In this document: piece by piece, positions 41,887 through 50,005 of the stretch
How positions within the stretch are numbered: the first letter of the stretch is position 1
How the letters are laid out: each line of letters starts with the position of its first letter
Origin: Paramoeba atlantica
Taxonomy: Eukaryota; Protista; Discosea
DNA length: 64,000 nt
Assembly: GCA_977017575.1 (NCBI GenBank)
Contig: CDRNVI010000052.1
Span: 248,001 to 312,000 of the forward strand
Reading direction: 5' to 3'
Position numbers and translations under genes: made by a program
The notes under the pieces: model-generated
The model's database searches: none
Told to the model about the DNA's origin: nothing
The model's input: only the letters and a program-made list of their open reading frames with translations

Positions 41887-43227
41887 CTATAATCCAGGCT
41901 AAAGTGGACGAGGGAGATACTAAAGGCACCTTTGGAAAACCACCACAAAACTGGAACGGTATCACCCGTTAAATACCCTTTTGCCACATCAGAATGCTCT
42001 ACAAACCGGGAGATACCGTTCCAGTTTCGAGGTCGTTTCCCAAAGGTGCCATTAGTATCTCCCTCGTCCACTTTAGCCTGGATTACATAGCCATCCGAAC
42101 ATGTTCCCTATGGCGCTTTACTGTTTCCCACGCGAGGGAGTCGTCGTCGCCGCCGGAAAAAGAAAATATAAAGGGGAGTCTAAAGCAACAGTATCTCCCG
42201 TTAAAGATTCTTTTGTCCCATTAGAAACCTTTACAAATCGGGAGATACCGTTCCAGTTTCGAGGTGGTTTTCCAAAGGTGCCTTTAGTATCTCCCTCGTC
42301 CACTTTAGCCTGGATTACATAGCCATCCGAACATGCTCCCTATGGCGCTTTACAGCTTCCCATGCGAGGAAGTCGTCGTCGCCGCGGCAAAAAGACAGAA
42401 GGCACCGCCTTCTGCCTTTTTGCCTTGCGCCTCCTCCTTCCTCTACGGCCTTGCGTGTCACACACTTCCAGGTAAATTTTGGATTTTGTAGGTGTATTAT
42501 CGGAACAGGGTGGAGAAATATCGAATGAAGCCAAAGCGTATACACGTATATAAGGCCCGAAACTCTCAAAAAACGGTCTAGGAGTTGATTTGGGAAAAAT
42601 ATATTTTTTGACTTTCACCCATAATTTTTCAGTTTTTTTTTTCAAAATTTCAAAAATTGCTATGATCACGCTGGTGGGGAGGGGGGCAGGGGTACCCATC
42701 GGAATTGTTGACTCGGAATTTTTAGTGATCTCGTCACTCAATTCGATTCATACGTCTTCCTTTTTTCCTTGCGCCTCCTCCTTCCTCATCGGCCTTGCGT
42801 GTCACACACTTCCGGGCAAATTTTGGATTATGTAGGTGTATTATCGGCACCGGGTGGAGAAATATCGAATGAAATCAAAGGGTATGCAGGTATAGAAGGC
42901 TCCAAACTCTCAAAAAACGCTCTAGGAGTTGATTTGGGAAAAATATATTTTTTCACTTTCACCCATAAATTCTTATTTTTTTTGCAAAATTTCAAAAATA
43001 GATATGATCACCCTGGTGGGGATGGGTGGGGTGGCAAGGGGTACCCATCGGAGTTGTTGAAAAACTAGTCATCTTGTCATTAAATACGATTCATACGTCT
43101 TTGTAAACTTTTTTTTCGAAAACTCACCTGAAACGATATCGGGCACGAAATCGGGCCACAAATCGGGCACGAAATCGGGCACGGCGAATTAACCTATGGT
43201 AGCGAGGGGGTTTTATCTCCCTCAATA
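41887..43227 (-). mobile_element. Non-autonomous Helitron2/Helentron-like element, copy 1 (terminal module partly duplicated)
   Basis: Homologous end to end with 56875-57998; 5' TATTGAGGGAGAT with a small hairpin, subterminal ATCTCCCTC, long 3' hairpin (41890-42085), 3' TATAG; internal direct repeat of about 345 bp; non-coding. Confidence 0.6.
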
Positions 43228-43637
43228 AACTAATAATAAACTCGAGGTAGGCTGTCAACTGGAGGCTGCGAAGGGATTGGTTCCGGTAGCCTCTCGTTTT
43301 TACATTCAGAGCGTTCACACCGACCGCAGAGAACCTGTATACGATCAGCTATTTCAGATACAAGGAGAAGGGTAACACACCCATTACAATGCGCGAGACG
43401 CTGGAAATTGTCAACGGCTTTTTTGAAGTTTTCCATGCACTTCTCCTTAGATTCTTCACTGACTGAATGGTTTCAAAGTATTGAAGCCCCTGAGGTGCGT
43501 GAGTGGAAACACTCATTCATCTCGCCACTGGAAGGTGGCCAGCTCACTCGACCAAGAAAAGCCTGCCGGTTGGACACCGGGTGGTGGTCGAGGCGGCTGT
43601 GGCAAAGATTTCTCCATAAAATAAAAAATAAAATAAA

Positions 43638-43676
43638 AATCTTTAACGATAAAGATACAGTTTCTGTACCTTGTTG
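43638..43676 (+). other. Spliced-leader-like 39-mer AATCTTTAACGATAAAGATACAGTTTCTGTACCTTGTTG
   Basis: Contains TAACG, the kinetoplastid SL core ACAGTTTCTGTAC and terminal TTG; identical 38-mer at 53781-53818 (-); not followed by a GT donor. Confidence 0.75.
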
Positions 43677-43692
43677 AATTATTTTCCTTATC

Positions 43693-44340
43693 TCATACCT
43701 TTCCATATGATACCATATATGGTGTTTCCTCTTCAGCCCTCACCTGTGTAAATGCAAAAACTGGCAACGTCCGTTTTTGTAACGATTTGAACTTTTTGTC
43801 TGTGTTCAGTGGGGTCATGTTTCGTCTTTTGGAGCAGGATTTTTCTTCCAAACCACGGAAAAAAAAGGAGGCGTTTCCGTCAGACTGTTGAGAAGCTTTT
43901 TTCGCAAGCCAGTCCGATGTGTCATTATGTGGGTTCCCTTCATGCCCCCTAACCTTGATGATGAACACGCGTCGGTCAGCTTCTAATTGAAAGCAGACAC
44001 GATGTATCTTTGATAAGAGGTCCGAATTTTCAAATTGGTGAAACCCGAATAGAGAAAACCTGTTCCGAATCACATGGAAAAATTCCCATACATACGCAGA
44101 GCCTGTGTGAATGATAATATCCTTCTCATGCTTCATTGCCATCTGCAGAGCCTCATAGACAGCATAAAGTTCCGCAGCTGTTATTGTGAGTGATATTTCT
44201 GACGGAGGTTTTAGTCCTACAAGTGTCTTTTCTACCCGATTGCCCAATAACACAATACCGCAACCTGATGAAATTCCTGTTTTCGTTGTTCTTAATGCGC
44301 CGTCTGTGTATAAATGCAAGGAAGTGAAAAGGCACCGCAC
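43693..44340 (-). pseudogene. RNase HI domain of the LINE
   Basis: YTDGA...AAELYAV...IHTGS (third acidic residue lost)...ENSDLL...GHEGNPHNDTSDWLAK. Confidence 0.85.
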
Positions 44341-45129
44341 CTTCTTCTACGAATTGTAATGACGAGTAGACTTTTTGCTTCATTGAATCCTGTTTGGTTT
44401 TTTCCCATCTTGGAGATTCTATAGGAAGATAATTCGGACGTGGCTCAAGGCGCGCCTTTAAACGATCAACATTAGAGCGCCAGCGTGTTCTGTCTTTAGA
44501 AATTTGAATAACATCGGGAACAGACAAGCCTAGATCATCGGAACAAGATTCAGACAGACAGGTTTGCGTCTTTCGTTTACGTTCTCGCCAGAGAATCGCC
44601 ACACTGAAAGGAGAATCGTGTCGAAGAAGATGGCCTATAAGCTGCGCTCTCTGCATTTTCGCCACCGTGCTAAGCTTTGAATCATTTTGGTACAGAGCTT
44701 CTGTTCGAATACCCCTTTTCCCATCCCAAGTACGGCCTACACCACACACCATTCTGCGCATTTTGTTTACCTCAATATCTAATTCCCGGAGCCTATTGGT
44801 TGATATATCCCATGTTCCTAAATTATATTGCACTACTGGCATCACAAGTGTACGGAATACTGTCATACGGCTCGAGATTGGCAAAGGTGATTTCCAGATC
44901 GGCCTAAGTTTATGCATCAATGCCCACCCAAGTCTCATTCGTTCATTGGGTGCAACATTTCGATCTTCGCTTTCTTGCTTGTTTCCTAGGTAGCGGTATT
45001 TGTAAACTCTGGGGATATGCCCTATACTCGGTATTATGAGTTCGCCCCCGCTATCAGAAACCTTTCCAACAGTCATCCAAGCAGTTTTATTGACCCCCAA
45101 GTTAATACTGAGGTTTGCGTTCCGAGCAG

Positions 45130-45149
45130 TTTTTGGATTTGGATTTTTG
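45130..45149 (+). mobile_element. Tail-only insertion TTTTTGGATTTGGATTTTTG
   Basis: Flanked by the 11-bp duplication GTTCCGAGCAG (45119-45129 and 45150-45160) inside the LINE RT region. Confidence 0.85.
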
Positions 45150-46082
45150 GTTCCGAGCAGCTCGGTAAAGACTCTCTAACATGTCAGCGAGTTCTACTTT
45201 AGATGAGGCAAATAAGACTATATCATCGGCGTAGTCGATATCCGAGATACGCAAATGTTTCTCACCACGGCTTTTCGATCCTGTAGAATATGTTATTAAA
45301 CCAGACCCTTTAGCATCGAGCGCTTCTGCCAATATCCGATCGAGTACCATGATAAACAGATAGGGTGCGAGAAAGTCTCCTTGCAGAGTACCATTGCTAA
45401 TTGAAAAAGATTCCGTGTTTCCGTACGGTGTCCTTACGAATGATTTTAGACCGTCATACATACTCATAATCACTTTCGAAACGTTTTCCGGTATATGGAA
45501 AGAATGAAGTGCTTCGCGTATGGCAGAAAAAGAAACTGATGGGAAAGCTTGTTTAAAATCCACAAATGACCGCAACTCCTTCACCCCTCAAGGCCTTGGC
45601 GGTGATTTCCACGAAAGTAGCTTGAGCACCAGCAGTCGACCTATGTGGACGAAAACCGAACTGATTCGGCCTAAGCATGTTTTCTACCGCTGGTTGGATT
45701 CGTTCGAGTACCATCCGATTCATTATCTTTACCACGTGATTAACAATGCACACCGGCCGCCAGTTAGATAGAATACCCAAATTTCCCTTTTTTGGAAGCG
45801 GAACTTGAAGTATCGTTTTCCACTTATCTGAAACAGCCCCCGTTTCTCGGACATCATTTATTATTTGAAGTAACGTCCCCATCAATCCGTCATGCGAGTT
45901 CAAAGATCGTAAAGCTTCGACTGGGATGTCGTCGGAAACAGCCGCCTTTCCGCCCTTTACCTTCTGCAGAGCTTTGCGCAGCTCATGGAGGTTGAACTCT
46001 TTATCATTTATCACAATCATGCTCTTTGTCGATAGGGGAAAATTCAAATTTTCTACCTTTGTCAGCTCTTGCTTTCCAATTG

Positions 46083-46503
46083 GGGGAGGTGGCGGAGTGG
46101 CACCCCCCATTGTCCAATGGGGGAGGTGGCGGAGTGGCAAGAACTCAAAGTTTGAAGCACATGGTGCTTAGACGGCGAGTTCAAACCCGCTCATCGCAAT
46201 ATTCCCGGCGGCCTCACTCTAAAAGGCTGGGCTGATAACCGACTAGGCCCAGTACTCGGAGGACCGTTCCGGACCCTCCCCTCAGGGAACCAGCTCCCTT
46301 ACCCGGCTTACACCTCTTGGGTAAGCCGTGTTGGCGTACAGTTCGTCGACGCAGCGTGTTGGTAACCGCACGTTTGTGCCGCCTTGGACAAGCGGAAACT
46401 GGTAGAGGACGTCGGCCTCGGAACTTCCAAATCTGTCTGTGAAGGGTCTGGCTTGCCAGTGACCATCCGGAGCAATCCGGAATGATTTGGATTTTTGGAT
46501 TTG
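46083..46503 (+). mobile_element. SINE-A full length with a duplicated, fold-back 5' junction
   Basis: TSD TCCAATTG at 46075-46082 and 46504-46511; extra head copy plus CCCCCATTG-TC-CAATGGGGG hairpin. Confidence 0.88.
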
Positions 46504-47489
46504 TCCAATTGCCTGAAAATGATTCTTTACAGTAGAAAGGCTATCCTGAGCAGTATCCCCAAACAAAGAAAATTCCTTACGATTGTCTCCTACAATGTTA
46601 CGTATGGTGCGATATGCGCTCTTTGGGCGTTTGCATAAATCTTCTTCTAGGACTTTACATTCCTCCGTTATGCTTTTATAGATCTGTTCTGCATGTGCTT
46701 TCGCAAAATTATCAAATTTGCGCTGATTCCTAGACACCCTTAATATAGTTTTCATGACAAAACTCCAGGGATCAGACGTATCATTCGCAGCTCTATTTAT
46801 ATTGTTATCAGTAACGCGTAGAGGTAGTTTTCCGGAAGCTTCCTTCACAGCCGTAGATAATTTATCCCACAGTAATGGCCCAATCTCATCATCTCTCGAT
46901 CTCTTGTTTCCCCCATCCATTGCCACCTCCACATTTTTGATGAAGGCATCTTTCATGCCCTCATTTCGAAGAGATCCCCAAAACGGTTTTCGGTTTCCCG
47001 CATTACTTTTGGCTTTCCATCGTATTTTTAGATCCGCAATCACAACACAATGTCGCGTGGTGCCAGTAGCACCTTCTGAGAACGAATGGGAGAACAAAAG
47101 CGATTGTTTGTAATAATATGATCCATCTGCTTCGTGAGTCCAAGTGGATGCTTCGAAGTAGGGGGAAACCGATACGTCCATTTTCTCTCCGCACTGCAAC
47201 ATTCATGTGCGGATTTCGCTCCAATTCATAGTAGAAACTTCTTAAATTCTCGTGTTCGTTTAGAAGAACGCTTTTTCCCCATAGATGTTTGCAGGGGAGA
47301 GTTCATATCCCCACAGATGATTTTCAGCGAGCTTTCGGAGTCATGCCATGCGTCAAAGAGTTCTTCATCAAACTCAGATTGCGTAGTTTTCTTTGCTCCT
47401 GCTGTAGGGGAATAAACGTTGAATACGCTTGCATTAATATCTCGAACTTTCATTGTACCCCGCATTATTCGATCATTGATTTTGTCAAC

Positions 47490-47876
47490 GGGGAGGTGGC
47501 GGAGTGGCAAGAACTCAAAGTTTGTAGCACATGGTGCTCAGACGGCGAGTTCAAACCCGCTCATCGCAATATTCCCGGCGGCCTCACTCTAAGAGGCTGG
47601 GCTGATAACCGACTAGGCCCAGTACTCGGAGGACCGTCCCGGACCCTCCCCTCAGGGAACCAGCTCCCTTACCCGGCTTACACCTCTTGGGTAAGCCGTG
47701 TTGACGTACAGTTTGTCGACGCAGCATGTTGGTAACAGCACGTTGTTGCCGCCTTGGACAAGCGGAAACTGGTAGAGGACGTCGGCCTCGGAACTTCCAA
47801 ATCTTTCTGTGAAGGATCTGGCTTGCCAGTGACCATCCGGAGCAATCCGGAATGATTTGGATTTTTTTTGGATTTG
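47490..47876 (+). mobile_element. SINE-A full length
   Basis: TSD GATTTTGTCAAC at 47478-47489 and 47877-47888; splits the APE domain (MNVDK/VDKINDR). Confidence 0.92.
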
Positions 47877-48626
47877 GATTTTGTCAACATTCATTGGTAA
47901 AAGACTTAAAATCGCCATCCCGTTATACCCCTTAACGGCACTCATAAAATATAGATGAATATTCATGTCACCCAGATAGAGCCGACAGTGGATAACGGCT
48001 CTTCGCTTTCAAACGACAAACGCGTTTCCTGCAGGGTCATTATGGTAACACCGTAACTCCGCATGAATGCCACGGCCTGGTGTAGACGATAACTGCGACG
48101 TAGAGCAAATGCGTCCGCGGACTTGCATTTCAATGTGTCCACATTTAGGGTGCTTACCACAAACCCCACTCTCATAGCTTGAATCTTGGGTCTCTGCTCT
48201 CGGGCGCCACGCCGAAAACAGGTTTTGAGCTTCCGATTGCGTCCGTGCAATGATTTTGGGAGTATTCCAACCCTGCCGCCCAGCACATGGACACGTTCAT
48301 CTCTCGGTGGAAACGGGAGGAGCCGTCCATTCATCAAGTCGTACTTAACAAGCCAATTAGACCCGCCAAGCGAAGAATGAACAACCCCTTCCCAAAGTGC
48401 AATGCGTTCGCGGTAGGCCATGCGCCAAACAACAGCCACACGTTTTCCAACTCCAAAAACCATCGACATCTGCAAAAGGGCCTGCTGCCGGAGTTTTATT
48501 ACACCACCCCTCTGCTTTGGTTGCAAAAAGAGGTTGCCCCGACCACACCTGGCCGTTAGGAGTTTGTCACGAACTTCCAACAAACCATCGAACGGTCCGG
48601 AGGCCTCCGCCATTTTGTATCAACGT

Positions 48627-48662
48627 ATTAATACAAAAAGTGATCTTAATACAAAAAGTGAT
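48627..48662. repeat. Orphan two monomers of the 18-bp satellite
   Basis: ATTAATACAAAAAGTGATCTTAATACAAAAAGTGAT, between the LINE 5' end and a CRE RT fragment. Confidence 0.9.
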
Positions 48663-48773
48663 GAACAACCTAGGGAGTGATAACCTCGCGTTCTGTAAGA
48701 TGGACCCGCGAAACGCATTTAACAACGTAAATAAAAGACTTTCCAGAGTTATCGCCATGGGTAGAATGGTGCT

Positions 48774-49033
48774 CCAAATCCAATCCAAATCATTCCGGAT
48801 TGCTCCGGATGTTCACTGGCAAGCCAGACCCTTCACAGACAGATTTGGAAGTTCCGAGGCCGACGTCCTCTACCAGTTTCCGCTTTTCCAAGGCGGCACC
48901 AACGTGCTGTTGCCAACACGCTGCGTCGGTGGAAGTATAGGAATATTGCATAAGTATACGAATATTGCATAAGTATAGGAAAATTGTATAAGATACCTTC
49001 TTATATATAATCCTTCTTAAGGAAGAAGGAGGT
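48774..49033 (-). mobile_element. SINE-A 3' half plus AT-rich filler containing three 19-bp repeats
   Basis: TSD TAGAATGGTGCT at 48762-48773 and 49034-49045. Confidence 0.88.
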
Positions 49034-50005
49034 TAGAATGGTGCTACTCACACCCGAGCGTTCTCACCTACGGAAATCACTTCATATCATCTGCGGAAGG
49101 TGTGCAACAGGGCTACCCCCTAGGTCCACTCTTATTCTCCCTAGTCCTCTCGAACGCCACCGAACAAATAGCATCACGGGCTAACCTAGACTCGCAGCTC
49201 TTTAGTATTTGTATGACGGGATCCTTATGGGGTAGGCGGGTGAAGTCAGAAAGGCATTGGACGTGTTTTCTGAGTTCGGCCCTAAATGCGGTTTGTTCTA
49301 AAATCCAAAAAAGCCCATGTCACTGAACAATTCCCTGAAATCCCAGCGGAGAAAATCCATGTTGACGGAAACTTTGATATCCTCGGAAGTCCGATTGGAT
49401 CTGCAGAGCATTGCGCGGAATTCCTTCTCTTAAACGCAATAGAACCAGCATTTTATTATTTTTTGTGTGATTATTTTTTTTTTTGTTTTTTTTTAAGGGG
49501 GGAGAAGTATGAATCGCGGCATTGCCTCTATATTTTGACCCAGTAGACGAACCAAGTAGGTCCATTGGGGGGGTATACGAGTTGAAAACAAGCAATCAAA
49601 TTAGCAATTCTTTTTGTTTCCACAGATGTACCTTTTGTTTTTTCTCAGCCCAAAACTAGCAATTTAATCTCCCCTAAGTATATACTACAAACAAGAAACA
49701 GTAAAAACTAAAACAAGCAATACAGACCCAATCCATTCGCGCGTTCCGGACCGGGTCTTTCGACCACTCCACGGCCTGACTTGTGAACCCTTCCCTTGCT
49801 ATATGGGAGGGCGCAGGCGCGGGCCTGTGTCGACAGCGACACGGTCGCGAAACAGGATGCTGGCCGACGGGGAGGAGATTCACTACCCGTGTACTACCTC
49901 ACTTGGGGTACCTAGCCCTCGCGGGCTAGGCGTGAGCATAGACTCTGTCGACCCGACCAGCACCCGTGGCCTATGTCACCACCATAGGATCCGTTGGGTC
50001 CGACA

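Larger units (their letters stand above)
40211..43620 (-). pseudogene. Helitron-type Rep (HUH endonuclease) remnant, frameshifted and interrupted
   Basis: My translation near 40500-40600 gives GIFGAPRAFFGVVECQKGGALHYHCLLW (HUH motif); ORF 40657-40902 has GLPSFWITISPN; upstream fragments have INTWVNWLAEHN and a CxxC...CxxC segment typical of Helitron N-terminal regions. The distal boundary is uncertain. Confidence 0.8.
43687..48620 (-). mobile_element. RTE-like non-LTR retrotransposon (APE endonuclease - RT - RNase H), degenerate, with three SINE-A-type insertions
   Basis: APE motifs TLNVDTL, LQETR, VYSPT, IICGDMN; RT motifs NWRPVCI, QFGFRP, FVDFKQAF, LQGDFLAPYLF, YADD, YRYLG; RNase H motifs YTDG, AAELYAV, KVRGHEGNPHNDTSDWLAK. 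Several stops and frameshifts. Confidence 0.9.

Noticed and set aside
47590-47680. HDV-like ribozyme in SINE-A (CCC-TCCCCTCA-GGG as P3/L3, GGCTGG/CCAGCT as P1)
   Set aside because: No GG for P1.1 after P1', and no convincing P2 or J4/2; a descriptor search would be needed to revive it.
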